A stretch of DNA of 64,000 nucleotides. Origin: Blastocatellia bacterium. Its GTDB lineage: Bacteria > Acidobacteriota > Blastocatellia > Pyrinomonadales > Pyrinomonadaceae. Location: the NCBI GenBank assembly GCA_031371765.1, contig JANMKA010000024.1, forward strand, positions 810 to 64,809, given 5' to 3'. The position numbers were made by a program, and so were the translations under genes. Below the pieces are notes generated by a model, which saw only the letters and a list, made by a program, of their open reading frames with translations, did not search any database and had not been told where the DNA came from. Shown here piece after piece: positions 49,124 to 59,357 of this stretch (its first letter is position 1; each line of letters begins with the position of its first letter).

Positions 49124-52100
49124 ATGAAAAAATTAGCCGCATTGTGTGTCTTGCTCACTTTGAGCGTCTTACTGCTCGTGTTCCCAATCGCAACCAGGCG
49201 GAGTCAAGCCGCGATCGCCGGTGCTGACCTCTCGGTGAGCAAGGTGGATAATCCCGATCCGGTGAACACCGGAGCAAATCTGACCTATACGATCACGGTT
49301 GCCAACAACGGACCGGACGCCGCGAGCAACGCTTCATGGACCGATACGCTGCCGGCAGGAACATCTTTCGTCGCCTTGCCCGACGTAGCTGGCTGGTCGT
49401 GCATCAGGCCCGACGCTGGTGATAGCGGCACGATTTCCTGCACAAACTCTTCGTTCGCGGTCGGCCGTTCCGTTTTCTCCCTGACAGTAGAGGTAGCTCC
49501 AACTGTTCCGGCCGGTTCGATCCTTAGCAACACGGCGACAGTTACCTCGAGCACTGCGGACGCGACTCCCGGCAATAACAGCGGCACCGCATCAACGACT
49601 GTGCTCTCGCCTGCGAGCGTCCGGGGCAATAAGAGCCGATCCGGAGGCGGCATGCCCGGATCAACTCTCAGTTATCTAATCATTCTTTCTAATGACAGCG
49701 ACTCGGACCAGCAGGACAACCCGGGCAATGAGTTCACCGATGTGCTTCCCTCCGATTTGACGCTGGTGGCGGCCAATTCCAGTGATGGAACCGCCACCGC
49801 GAATACCGGCAAGAATACAGTTACCTGGAACGGCATAGTTCCAGCCCATGATTCGGTAACGATTACCATTGAAGCGACGGTCAAACCTGGCACCGAGGAC
49901 CACACAGTCCAGAACCAGGGCACAATCAGCTATGACGCGGACGGAAACGGAACCAACGAGGCGTCGGCTACGACGAACATCGACAGTTTTACTGTCGGCA
50001 CAACGCCGCTGAATGCGGATCTCAGCGTCTCAAAGGTTGCCCCGGACAGTGCCCCTTCCGATTCTGACTTGAGTTACACAATTACGGTCGCGAATGGTGG
50101 ACCAGATACGGCCACCACTGCCACGTTGACCGATACGCTACCGGGAGACCTGAAATTCGTCTCGTTATCACAACCGGCGGGCTGGAGTTGCACCACACCG
50201 GCGGCGGGTGCGGGAGGCACGATTACATGCTCGCGTGACCTTCCGGCGGGAAGCGGACTACAAGTCTTTACCTTAGTTGGGCACATACCGTCGGGAACGC
50301 CTGACGGAACTTTCTATAACAACGTGGCGGTCGTCAGCACGACATCGACCGATGCAACCTCGGAGAACGATGTTGCTACGGCCGGAACTACAGTCATGTG
50401 CTCAGGCTTTGCCTTGGTAACGACGAACGCGGACAGCGGTGCGGGTTCATTAAGAAGAGCGATTGCGGATGCGTGTAACGGCGGCACGATCACTTTTGAC
50501 ATGACGCCGGGTCATGTCGTGAGTCCGATCACGCTGACCAGCGCCGAATTGGTAATAAGTAAGAACCTGACGATTCAAGGACCGGGCGCAAACCTTTTGA
50601 CCGTGCAGCGCAGCACAGCGATAGGCACACCCATCTTTCGCGTATTCAACATTGGCAGCGCGACTGTTACGATCTCGGGACTGACAATTGCGAACGGCAA
50701 TACAGCCGATGGCGCGGCCGGCGGTAGCAATCCGGGCGTCAATGGCGGCGGCATCATTAACACCGGCACGTTAACCATCACGAACAGCTCTATCACTGGC
50801 AACCTGACCGGCAGCGGCGGTAGCAACGGCAGCGGCACCGGCGGTCCCGGCGGCGACGGCGGAGGCATCTACAACTCTGGAACATTGACCGTTACCAATA
50901 GCACCATTAGCGGCAACCATACCGGGCGGGGCGGGAGCGGCGGCGCTACTGGGACCGGCGGAAAGGGGGGCAGCGGCGGCGGCATTGCGAACACCGGAAC
51001 GCTCTCTGTCGTAAATAGCACCCTCAACGGCAACCAAGCGGGCAGCGGCGGCAACGCCGGCTCGTCGGGGACTGGGGGTGCGGGTGGGGATGGTGGCGCC
51101 CTGAACAGCGACACCGGAACAATAACCAACTGCACCATCAGCGGTAACCAGGCAGGCGACGGAGGCACCGCCGGTGACACTGGCGCAGCCAGCAGCGGAC
51201 GAGGCGGCGGCATCTTTAAGGGAACGGTCGGACCCGTTCTAAACATTCGCAACAGCATTATCGCCGGCAACTCTTCACCAACCGGGCCGGACATTAGTGG
51301 CACCGTCAACTCGCAGGACTACAACCTGATCGGGAGCACGTCGGGCGCGACTTTTACTGGCACTACCACGCACAACATCATCAACCCGAATCCGAAACTT
51401 GGAGCATTGGCGAACAACGGTGGGCCAACACAAACGATGCTACCGCTTCCTGGCAGTCCGGCAATCAACGCAGGTGATCCAGCCAACTTGCCGCCCGATA
51501 CGTTCGATCTCGATGGCGATTCAGACACGGCCGAGCCTTTGCCAATTGACCAACGTGGATTCGCCCGCGTGGTCGGAGCCAACTTTGACATTGGCGCGGT
51601 CGAAACAAACTACGCGATCAGTGCGACCGCTGGTACGCCGCAGAGTACGAACGTCAACACCGCTTTTGCAACTGCGTTACAAGCGACAGTCACCGAATCA
51701 GGCACTCCACAAAATGGCGTGCCGGTAACTTTCACGGCGCCGGCAAGCGGAGCTAGCGGCACATTCACGGGCGGTTCGACCACGGCTGTCGTCTCAACGA
51801 ACAGCAGCGGCGTTGCAACTGCGCCAACATTCACTGCCAATTCTATCGGCGGCACTTACAACGTATTGGCCAGCATTGGCACGGGTTTGCCCACCGCGCC
51901 TTTCGTTCTGACCAACAACAAGTTGGGTCAAACAATTACCTTCGGAGCGCTCGCGGCCAGGACTTTTGGCAACGCTGACTTTGCTGTTTCGGCAACCGCT
52001 TCGTCAGGTTTAGCCGTGACCTTTAGCGCCAGCGGCAATTGCACGGTGAGCAGTCCCTCGCCGGGAACAGTTCATCTTACCGGCGCGGGATCATGCACCA

Positions 52101-53677
52101 TCACGGCATCGCAGAGCGGCAACGCGACCTATAATGCGGCGCCTGATGTGCAGCAGACTTTCACAATTGCCAAAGCGGCAACAGCGACGGCAGTGTCGTC
52201 GTCTGTTAATCCAGCAAACTCCGGACAAAGCGTCACCTTTACCGCGACCGTTACTTCGGCCGCGGGCACGCCAACCGGAACTGTGCAATTCAAAGACGGC
52301 GTCACAAACTTGGGTGCGCCGCAGGTTCTCAATGGAAGCGGCGTTGCCACATTTTCGACGTCAACGCTGGCTGCCGGCGTTCACACCATCACGGCCGATT
52401 ACAGCGGTGATATTAATTTTCTGACCAGCACCGGCTCGCTCTCAGGCGGTCAACAGGTCGGATCGATCATCAGGTTTAGCTCGTCGACTTACAACACCAC
52501 TGAGGGCTCGGGCTTTACGACGATTACTGTCCAGCGGATTGGCGATCTGTCTCAGGCCGTGAGTGTGGATTACTCGACGCCCGATGAAAGTAGCGCAATC
52601 ACGGTGCTTCCCTGCTCTACTGCTAACGGCATTGCGTCTTCACGATGTGATTTCGAGACGTCCCTTGGCACGCTGCGCTGGGCTGCCGCTGACGGAGCAG
52701 CCAGGACGTTCACTGTTCTGATCAATCAGGATAACTTTGTCGAGGGACCGGAAACATTGACGCTCACTCTGTCGAACCTGACAGGAGGCGCGGGTTTCCC
52801 AGCGCCTGGAGCGACGAGTCAGACGGCGACGTTAACAATTACTGACGATGTGACTGAGCCGGTCGGGAATCCCATCGACGATACGGACACATTTGTTCGT
52901 CAGCAGTATCGCGACTTTCTTAATCGCGAGCCTGACGCTTCGGGTCTGGCATTTTGGAAGGACAACATCGATAAGTGTAACGATCCGGCGCGGCGTCCCG
53001 CGGGCCTGACGGTGGCGCAGTGCGTCGAAGCTTTCCGGATCAATACCTCGGCCGCGTTCTTCCTTTCGATCGAGTTTCAGGAGACGGGCTTCTATGTCCA
53101 CCGGGTCTACAAGGTCGGCTTTGGCGACATCAGTCCGCCGACAGTCCCGGTGCCGGTTAGATTCACGAACTTCCTGGGCGACACTCAGAAAATCGGAGCC
53201 GGCGTGATCGTGGGCCAGGGCAATTGGCAGGCGCAAATTGATAACAACAAGAGCGCCTTTGCGCTAACGTTCGTCCAGCGGGCCGCGTTCCTTGCTCGTT
53301 ATCCGGCAGGAACTAGCGCCACCGATTTCGTTGATTCGTTGAATGCGAATGCGGGAGGCGTCCTTTCAGCCAGCGAGCGTTCAGCGTTGATCAGCGAGTT
53401 GTCCCCCAATCCCGCAGACCCCGCGTTGCGGGCCAGCGTGCTCAGAAAAATAGCCGACAACACGACGCTGCAACAGCGAGAGTTCAATCGTTCGTTTGTG
53501 CTGATGGAGTACTTTGGCTACCTGCGAAGGAACCCCGACGCGGCGCCGGACACGAACTTTACCGGCTATAACTTCTGGCTGAACAAGCTAAACCAATTCA
53601 ACGGCAACTTCGTCAATGCCGACATGGTCAAAGCTTTTCTGTTATCAGGTGAATATCGCCAGCGATTCGGACCCTGA
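49124..53677 (+). CDS. Giant secreted multi-domain surface protein (2x DUF11, Gly-rich right-handed beta-helix, Ig-like repeats, Calx-beta-like, C-terminal DUF4214)
   Basis: Signal peptide. Two ADLSVSKV...LTYTITVANNGPD DUF11 modules. ~38-aa repeats GGGIxNxGTLTVxNSTISGN..G.GGSGG.TGTGG.GG. Ig-like segments (ATATAVSSSVNPANSGQSVTFTATVTS). DTFVRQQYRDFLNREPDASGLAFW is the DUF4214 motif. Confidence 0.85.
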   Translation: MKKLAALCVLLTLSVLLLVFPIATRRSQAAIAGADLSVSKVDNPDPVNTGANLTYTITVANNGPDAASNASWTDTLPAGTSFVALPDVAGWSCIRPDAGDSGTISCTNSSFAVGRSVFSLTVEVAPTVPAGSILSNTATVTSSTADATPGNNSGTASTTVLSPASVRGNKSRSGGGMPGSTLSYLIILSNDSDSDQQDNPGNEFTDVLPSDLTLVAANSSDGTATANTGKNTVTWNGIVPAHDSVTITIEATVKPGTEDHTVQNQGTISYDADGNGTNEASATTNIDSFTVGTTPLNADLSVSKVAPDSAPSDSDLSYTITVANGGPDTATTATLTDTLPGDLKFVSLSQPAGWSCTTPAAGAGGTITCSRDLPAGSGLQVFTLVGHIPSGTPDGTFYNNVAVVSTTSTDATSENDVATAGTTVMCSGFALVTTNADSGAGSLRRAIADACNGGTITFDMTPGHVVSPITLTSAELVISKNLTIQGPGANLLTVQRSTAIGTPIFRVFNIGSATVTISGLTIANGNTADGAAGGSNPGVNGGGIINTGTLTITNSSITGNLTGSGGSNGSGTGGPGGDGGGIYNSGTLTVTNSTISGNHTGRGGSGGATGTGGKGGSGGGIANTGTLSVVNSTLNGNQAGSGGNAGSSGTGGAGGDGGALNSDTGTITNCTISGNQAGDGGTAGDTGAASSGRGGGIFKGTVGPVLNIRNSIIAGNSSPTGPDISGTVNSQDYNLIGSTSGATFTGTTTHNIINPNPKLGALANNGGPTQTMLPLPGSPAINAGDPANLPPDTFDLDGDSDTAEPLPIDQRGFARVVGANFDIGAVETNYAISATAGTPQSTNVNTAFATALQATVTESGTPQNGVPVTFTAPASGASGTFTGGSTTAVVSTNSSGVATAPTFTANSIGGTYNVLASIGTGLPTAPFVLTNNKLGQTITFGALAARTFGNADFAVSATASSGLAVTFSASGNCTVSSPSPGTVHLTGAGSCTITASQSGNATYNAAPDVQQTFTIAKAATATAVSSSVNPANSGQSVTFTATVTSAAGTPTGTVQFKDGVTNLGAPQVLNGSGVATFSTSTLAAGVHTITADYSGDINFLTSTGSLSGGQQVGSIIRFSSSTYNTTEGSGFTTITVQRIGDLSQAVSVDYSTPDESSAITVLPCSTANGIASSRCDFETSLGTLRWAAADGAARTFTVLINQDNFVEGPETLTLTLSNLTGGAGFPAPGATSQTATLTITDDVTEPVGNPIDDTDTFVRQQYRDFLNREPDASGLAFWKDNIDKCNDPARRPAGLTVAQCVEAFRINTSAAFFLSIEFQETGFYVHRVYKVGFGDISPPTVPVPVRFTNFLGDTQKIGAGVIVGQGNWQAQIDNNKSAFALTFVQRAAFLARYPAGTSATDFVDSLNANAGGVLSASERSALISELSPNPADPALRASVLRKIADNTTLQQREFNRSFVLMEYFGYLRRNPDAAPDTNFTGYNFWLNKLNQFNGNFVNADMVKAFLLSGEYRQRFGP

Positions 53678-53724
53678 GAAGTAGTTAGCCCAAAATGGCG
53701 ACTGCTAAGAGGAGAGACTTGAAT

Positions 53725-53768
53725 GTCTCACAGGTTGGGAAGCAAGAGATTTTCCCAACTTGTGAGAC
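53725..53768 (+). terminator. Hairpin terminator candidate after the giant gene
   Basis: gtctcacaggttgggaa-gcaagagatt-ttcccaacttgtgagac (17-bp stem, 1 mismatch) followed by tctctttctt. Confidence 0.6.
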
Positions 53769-53887
53769 TCTCTTTCTTGAGTCATGCGAGTTTCCCAGTA
53801 ACCTCATTCGGCGCCATTACCAGTCTCGCTTTTCCCTGATTCCTGATTTATAACATCCCGGAAGTGCACATCAAGTCGGAGGTTCGC

Positions 53888-54535
53888 ATGGCAGCGCGCA
53901 CAATCGTAGTCGGGGACATCCACGGTTGCTACGATGAGTTAATGCAATTAATGGACAAGGTCGGATTCGGTCAGAGCGATCGTCTGATATCAGTGGGCGA
54001 CCTCATCACTAAAGGACCAAAGAACCGCGAAGTGCTCGACCTTTTCATTTCTGATAAGCGTTTGTCCGCGGTGCTAGGCAATCACGACCTCGCACTTCGC
54101 CGGCGTTGGAATGGCGAGGACATCAAGTTGAAATCCGCGCAGAAAGAGACGCACAAGGAACTCAAGGGCGAAAAGGATCTCTATACCCCCTTCCTAAACG
54201 CCCTGCCTTTCATAATAGACCTGGGGACGCATTTGATAGTTCACGCGGGATTGAGACCGAACGTCGAACTCTATTCGCAAACAACCGGAGATTTAACTCA
54301 CCTTCGTACCCTCGGACCAAAGCGTGAAAGCAAAGACGGCACGCCCTGGTACCAAACCTACCATGGAGAAAAGATAGTTCTGTTTGGGCATTGGCCGTCA
54401 GCTGAGCCGCGACGCGGTCCCAAAGCGATCGGACTCGACACTGGCTGCGTGTATGGATTCAACCTCACAGCCTACATAATCGAGATGGATGAATTCGTTA
54501 GCGTTCCGGCGGCGCGTGCTTACGATGCATCCTAG
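53888..54535 (+). CDS. Metallophosphoesterase (PPP-family Ser/Thr phosphatase / ApaH-PrpE-like)
   Basis: VVGDIHGCYDEL, VGDLITKGP, LGNHD and VHAG motifs in canonical order. ATG at 53888 preceded by GGAGG. Confidence 0.85.
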   Translation: MAARTIVVGDIHGCYDELMQLMDKVGFGQSDRLISVGDLITKGPKNREVLDLFISDKRLSAVLGNHDLALRRRWNGEDIKLKSAQKETHKELKGEKDLYTPFLNALPFIIDLGTHLIVHAGLRPNVELYSQTTGDLTHLRTLGPKRESKDGTPWYQTYHGEKIVLFGHWPSAEPRRGPKAIGLDTGCVYGFNLTAYIIEMDEFVSVPAARAYDAS

Positions 54536-54767
54536 TACCGCTGGAACAACTTCCTTCCCTTTTAAGCGCTTGAAACAAGAGGAAGTTGTCGGAGGGAACA
54601 ACATTCCGGTTCACGCTTTCGGTAAAAGCCCTTTTGAGCGAATCTTGGTTTGAAAGGAGGATCTCAAGTTTCTCCGCATCAGCGGCTACCATGCCGGCAT
54701 CGTGCAAGTAAGCTGCAAACAAGATGAACGATTCTCATCAAATTTCCGGCGCCACAGAATTCGGCGG

Positions 54768-55106
54768 TCAATGCTTATGGTCAGTCTCGACCGGGAGCCC
54801 TGCATCAATCCAGTCCTGCTTACCCTCGGCATAGTCACGCACATTCGAGTATCCCAGCGCTGCCAATTCACGGGCGGCGTTCTCTGAAGCGTGTCAAGTG
54901 GGACTGGCGCAGTAAACGACGATCTCCGCGTTTCGATCCGGTAAGATCTGTGAAGCAAGCGTCGTTAGATTTTCGGGTGGCAAGTTTATTGCTCCCGGTA
55001 AGTGGTTATGATGGTAGGCCGTGGCCGGTAGTGTTTCGACCAGCAGAAAGTTATCTTTCCCGTCGATTTTCTGTTTCAACTCATCTCTGGAGATTGTCTT
55101 TACCAT
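54768..55106 (-). CDS. Single-domain rhodanese-like sulfurtransferase containing one in-frame TGA (candidate selenocysteine codon at 54894-54896; otherwise a pseudogene)
   Basis: [10 protein letters not shown]...[57 protein letters not shown]. The same frame continues on both sides of the internal TGA. Together the two parts make one 112-codon rhodanese domain. GAGGAGG RBS upstream. Confidence 0.55.
54854..54887 (-). promoter_or_regulatory. SECIS-like stem-loop 10-43 nt downstream of the in-frame UGA
   Basis: mRNA UCAG-AGAA-CGCCGCC-CGUGAAUU-GGCAGCG-CUGG. 4-bp lower stem, 4-nt bulge, 7-bp upper stem with one C.A mismatch, and an 8-nt apical loop with G at position 2. Folded by eye only. Confidence 0.35.
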
Positions 55107-55257
55107 TGCCTCCTCATTCCTTAATCGCAACCTAATTCTCAAGAATCGCCATAACAATGCTTTGGAACTTAACGTGTTCTGGGGTTATCGCGAATAAGGA
55201 GTATACTTGCAGCTGTTCCAATTCGCAGTCCTACCAAGCCGGCAAAAAGGAAAAATA

Positions 55258-55446
55258 ATGACTAACACCGCTCCGAGAAATCTGACCACAATCGTTCTTT
55301 GGTCAACAGCGTGGGCATTAGCATTGATAGCGAGCGCGATCTTTTTAAAAGGTAATCCGGCGAAAGAGTGGGTCCAAGCAGCTCTCTTCATTGGGGCGCT
55401 AACAGTTTCGCTTTGGCAAGGTCAACGACTGTCCTGCCGACGCTAG
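55258..55446 (+). CDS. Small hypothetical membrane protein (2 TM)
   Basis: 62 aa from the ATG at 55258: MTNTAPRNLTTIVLWSTAWALALIASAIFL...AALFIGALTVSLW. A-rich purine tract upstream. No recognisable family. Confidence 0.4.
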   Translation: MTNTAPRNLTTIVLWSTAWALALIASAIFLKGNPAKEWVQAALFIGALTVSLWQGQRLSCRR

Positions 55447-55458
55447 GTCTGCTCGACT

Positions 55459-56097
55459 TCAGTCATCATCACAGCAAGTGTCACCGCGAAGTCCCTCTAT
55501 TCCCTCTTTCAGTATGATTGGCACCATGATGAGCGCTGCAACGGAATCGGCCCACCACCAGCCAACCAGCGCGTTCAACATGAGGCCCGCAAGCAGGATC
55601 GCCGAAAGATAGGTACAAAGCTCGGTCTGTTTCGAGTCGGCCATAAGGGCTGCACTCTTGATGCCTCGCGCCACCTTTCTTTTGGCGCGAACGAGTAATG
55701 GCATGACGATGAGGGAGGCGATGGCGAGAATGATACCGGGGATGCTCTCGCGCGGCTTTTCGCGCCATATGAGCGATTTGATCGAATCGTAGCTGACATA
55801 AGCGGCAAGAAGTAGGAAACACACACCGACAATGCGCAGTGTAATTGACTCGACACGTTCCCGTCGTGATTCCTCTGCATCAGAATGTAGACGCCAAACC
55901 AGGGCCGCACCGGAGGTGACTTCGATCATGCTGTCAAATCCAAAACCGACCAGAGCGATGCTACCCGCCATTAGACCAGCGATGACAGCTATGAGTCCTT
56001 CGAGGCTGTTATAGGCAATTGTGAAATACTCAAGCTTGCGGCCTCGACCGATAAGTTGAGCGCGGTTCACATCCACAATCTGATCGATTTGACTCAT
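55459..56097 (-). CDS. Cation-efflux (CDF-like) membrane protein lacking the cytoplasmic C-terminal domain
   Basis: 212 aa, 6 helices. GSIALVGFGFDSMIEV and AALMADSKQTE acidic TM motifs. Ends with CCDDD. Confidence 0.65.
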   Translation of the reverse strand: MSQIDQIVDVNRAQLIGRGRKLEYFTIAYNSLEGLIAVIAGLMAGSIALVGFGFDSMIEVTSGAALVWRLHSDAEESRRERVESITLRIVGVCFLLLAAYVSYDSIKSLIWREKPRESIPGIILAIASLIVMPLLVRAKRKVARGIKSAALMADSKQTELCTYLSAILLAGLMLNALVGWWWADSVAALIMVPIILKEGIEGLRGDTCCDDD

Positions 56098-56146
56098 TGT
56101 TTCTAATTAACTATGCCGGCCCTCCGCCTTTTTACGGAGATGAATA

Positions 56147-57253
56147 TTAGTGCGAGTGCGCAGGCTTATCATCGTGCGCATGCTCCGCGATATGATGGTG
56201 TTCTTCACCGGACGCATTTGCAGGGTCAACATGAATTGTGACGCCTGAAAGAAACTGGAGGTTATGCAAAAGACTGTGGCGCACCTGATTGGCGATATTG
56301 TGACCCTCCTCAACTGAAAGGTTCTGATTCACCGCCATGTTTAGCTCGGCATGCATCCGGTGGCCCAACCAGCGCACTCGCACTTCGCTCACCTCTTCCA
56401 CACCATCCGTCTGCTTAGCCTGGTCTTTGATCTTGTCCGGCACGTCCGGATCAACGCCGTCGAGGATGCGCGTGAAGACTGCGGCGGCAGACTCCCAGAC
56501 GATCCTTAGAATAAGGATTGTCATCAGGATGCCGATGATCGGGTCTGCCAGCGGATATCCTAAATAGACGCCAATCGCACTTACGAGCACCGCGAGACTG
56601 GCAATCCCATCTGTGCGCGCATGGTAGCCATCGGCGATTAGGGCGGCGCTGCCCATCTCCTTGCCAACCTTGATGCGGAAAATGGCGACGCTTTCGTTCC
56701 CGATGAAGCCGATGATTGCACCAATAGCCACAGCCCAGAGATAGCCGACTGGTTGAGGATGAAACAGTCGATTGATAGATTGATAACCAGCAAAGGCGGC
56801 GCTCGCCAGGATAGTGAGCACCACAGCTAAGCCGGCCAAATCCTCCACGCGCCCGTAGCCGTAGGTGAATCGTTTGCTCGGTTTTCGTTTGCCCAAAATG
56901 AAAGCAATGCCAAGCGGGATGGCGGTAGCAGCATCCCCTAGATTGTGGATCGCGTCGGCGAGGAGCGCGATGCTGCCGGAAAAATAGAAAATCACAATCT
57001 GGATGAGCGTGGTAAAAAACAGCCCAACGAAAGCCCACTTAACCGCCCACAGTCCTCGATTACTGGCGATGATCGACGGGTCAATCGTGCCGTGCACATG
57101 CCCGTGAGACCCACCTCCGTGATCGTGGTCGTGATCGCCGTGTGCATGAGCGCCCTTCCCAGGTGAGTGTTCATCTTGATGGGCGTGACCAGCTTCATGC
57201 GCCTGGCCGCTGGGGTGCGAGTGTCCTTCATGGGAATCTTTATGCTTGGTCAT
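56147..57253 (-). CDS. Cation diffusion facilitator transporter with His-rich N- and C-terminal tails
   Basis: LADAIHNLGD (TM2 HxxxD) and ADGYHARTD (TM5 HxxxD), plus a C-terminal alpha/beta domain. About 16 His in the first ~55 residues (HEGHSHPSGQAHEAGHAHQDEH...HGDHDHDHGGGSHGHVHG) and HHHIAEHAHDDKPAHSH at the end. Confidence 0.88.
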   Translation of the reverse strand: MTKHKDSHEGHSHPSGQAHEAGHAHQDEHSPGKGAHAHGDHDHDHGGGSHGHVHGTIDPSIIASNRGLWAVKWAFVGLFFTTLIQIVIFYFSGSIALLADAIHNLGDAATAIPLGIAFILGKRKPSKRFTYGYGRVEDLAGLAVVLTILASAAFAGYQSINRLFHPQPVGYLWAVAIGAIIGFIGNESVAIFRIKVGKEMGSAALIADGYHARTDGIASLAVLVSAIGVYLGYPLADPIIGILMTILILRIVWESAAAVFTRILDGVDPDVPDKIKDQAKQTDGVEEVSEVRVRWLGHRMHAELNMAVNQNLSVEEGHNIANQVRHSLLHNLQFLSGVTIHVDPANASGEEHHHIAEHAHDDKPAHSH

Positions 57254-57300
57254 AATTTTTTTACTTTTCGGTTGGTTCTTCGCGGAGAGCTGCCAGACAG

Positions 57301-58236
57301 CTAATGCTGGTCCTGCTCACCCGCATGCTCCGCTGCTCTCTTGATGCAGTACATGTCATTGGGCTCGCAGCCCTCGACTTCTACCTGGATGGTCGTATGA
57401 GCGATGCTGAAGTTATGCTCCAACTCTTCCGTTACTGCACGAAGGACGTTCTCCCCACTCCGCACGCTTTGCTCGTTGACCATTATATGACAGCTACAAC
57501 AAACCATACCTGATCCAACTGTCCAGACGTGTAGGTCGTGAACAGCCAGCACGCCATGTACACCGGCGATTGTCTCCTCAACCTTACCCATATCCATACC
57601 TTCCGGAATTCCTTCCAAAAGGACATTGACCGACTCTTTAAGGATTCCCCACGAACTCCACAGGATCAGTAAGCTGATCAAGATAGAAACAATCGGATCG
57701 GCAATCGATGTCCCGGTAAAAGCTACGATCACTCCCGCCACGACGACGCCTGCCGCGGAGACCGCGTCCCCCAGCATGTGCATGTAAGCGCTGCGCACGT
57801 TGAGGTCCTTTTTGGCCGCACTCTTTAGCCAGAAGCTAATCAGTGTGTTCATCACGATCGCAATCAGCGCCACCACGATCATTGGTGTGCTCTGCACCGG
57901 CTCAGGATGACGCAGCCGAGTGAATGCTTCCCAAAAGATAATCAGCGCGATGACAACCAAAGAAACAGCGTTGACTAAAGCGGCGAGAATGCCGACCCGG
58001 TGATAGCCAAATGTGCGTTGTGCTGTAGAAGGTTTCTGCGCGATCCAGATGGCATACCAGGAGAACACAAGGGCGAGCGCGTCAGCGAAGTTATGGCCGG
58101 CGTCCGACAACAACGCCAGCGAGTTCGAGAAATACCCGGCAGCAGCTTCACCGATTACAAATGCAACCGTAATGAAGACTGACAGAAGTAAACGCCGCCC
58201 CGTCAGTGATGTGTTGTGATCATGGCTACGACCCAT
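57301..58236 (-). CDS. Cation diffusion facilitator transporter (CzcD/ZitB-like)
   Basis: 311 aa. LLSDAGHNFAD (TM2 HxxxD), YMHMLGD (TM5 HxxxD), and the cytoplasmic domain VHDLHVWTV. Confidence 0.9.
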   Translation of the reverse strand: MGRSHDHNTSLTGRRLLLSVFITVAFVIGEAAAGYFSNSLALLSDAGHNFADALALVFSWYAIWIAQKPSTAQRTFGYHRVGILAALVNAVSLVVIALIIFWEAFTRLRHPEPVQSTPMIVVALIAIVMNTLISFWLKSAAKKDLNVRSAYMHMLGDAVSAAGVVVAGVIVAFTGTSIADPIVSILISLLILWSSWGILKESVNVLLEGIPEGMDMGKVEETIAGVHGVLAVHDLHVWTVGSGMVCCSCHIMVNEQSVRSGENVLRAVTEELEHNFSIAHTTIQVEVEGCEPNDMYCIKRAAEHAGEQDQH

Positions 58237-58346
58237 ACCAACCTCCTGAATCTCCTAACTTAAGCCTTCGTAAGTATTCATGAGCACAGAAATGCGGATC
58301 AAACCTAAGAACCTTCAAGAAACTCTCGGTCGACCGGCTTTATGAT

Positions 58347-58751
58347 TTAACCGTTACGTGGCGGATGAAAGAGACTTTGGAGTGGAGGTGAAAGCAAAGA
58401 ATTGCCAATTGGCACAGACGCCGCGGTCTCCAGCCTATCGGCCGCAATCACTGGGGGTAGATTACGACGCACTACGTGGCTACAGCGGCAAAAACAGTCG
58501 TCGTCGGGGGAAGGTCTTTTCGGTGACTGATCCTGCGGGACATTTGTTTGCGTTTTGACGCAAGCAAATAAGTTCAAACAAGCGGGACCGTCGGCTGAAG
58601 CTGAGACTTGAACAATTCCAGGTACGCTAAACTCTTCGCTACAAACTCCAGGAACGGTGAGATCGATTCCCGTGTAGAACAGAAAGAGAATGGCTATCAC
58701 GCGAAAGATGCGCTTTCTAGTGACGGAGTCTATGTTCGAACGAAATTTCAC
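58347..58751 (-). CDS. Hypothetical membrane-anchored protein with Cys/His motif DDDCFCRCSH
   Basis: 134-aa ORF, one N-terminal TM (IFRVIAILFLFYTGIDL), 7 Cys, directly upstream of the three CDF genes. No family recognised. Confidence 0.45.
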   Translation of the reverse strand: MKFRSNIDSVTRKRIFRVIAILFLFYTGIDLTVPGVCSEEFSVPGIVQVSASADGPACLNLFACVKTQTNVPQDQSPKRPSPDDDCFCRCSHVVRRNLPPVIAADRLETAASVPIGNSLLSPPLQSLFHPPRNG

Positions 58752-58849
58752 TAGTCGAAACCAAAACTGTGTCCTTGTAACATGCGCGCAAACTTACAGT
58801 CAAAGGTTCGCGGCGCGCTTTCAGTAATGCTGCGCGATTTACATTCTAT

Positions 58850-59326
58850 CTACCCGCCAGCAAATTGATTACCTAGCGTTGCGCGAAGAAGGTCCACAAT
58901 CGCCTGATTCGCGCCAACATAGAGCACAATCAACTGTCCGCTCCTGAAGAAATGAGGAGGGGCCATCCAGGTTGGCTTGCTGGTGCCGATGGTAGTGCCG
59001 TCGGCACTCACTCGCTTTGCGTCAGCATCAGCCGAAGAGGGACTCGCGTACTCAAACACCTGCGACGCTTCCCCGTTGATATTAATGATTCGGCCAGCCA
59101 CGGAGAAAAAAGGCTGAGATACTTTCTCCTTAGTAAGCAATACGGTAGCGCTGCGCGCGCGAAGCTTTTCCGTGAGCCGGACTAGTTCGGACGATTTCGT
59201 TTTTGCAGATGAATGAGGATGAGTCGGCCGGGCTTTGTGGCGCTGAGGGTGGCGTGCCGCCTGTCCGAAGGTTGGCAACGTGGTAACTAGCAAGACAATT
59301 ATGACTTTCGTTAACAATGCAAACAC
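58850..59326 (-). CDS. Hypothetical secreted protein
   Basis: 158-aa ORF with signal-like MFALLTKVIIVLLVTTLPTFGQA followed by a His/Lys-rich stretch. No family recognised. Confidence 0.5.
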   Translation of the reverse strand: MFALLTKVIIVLLVTTLPTFGQAARHPQRHKARPTHPHSSAKTKSSELVRLTEKLRARSATVLLTKEKVSQPFFSVAGRIININGEASQVFEYASPSSADADAKRVSADGTTIGTSKPTWMAPPHFFRSGQLIVLYVGANQAIVDLLRATLGNQFAGG

Positions 59327-59357
59327 CTCCCTCTATCATTTAAGCTAAGTTGTGAGG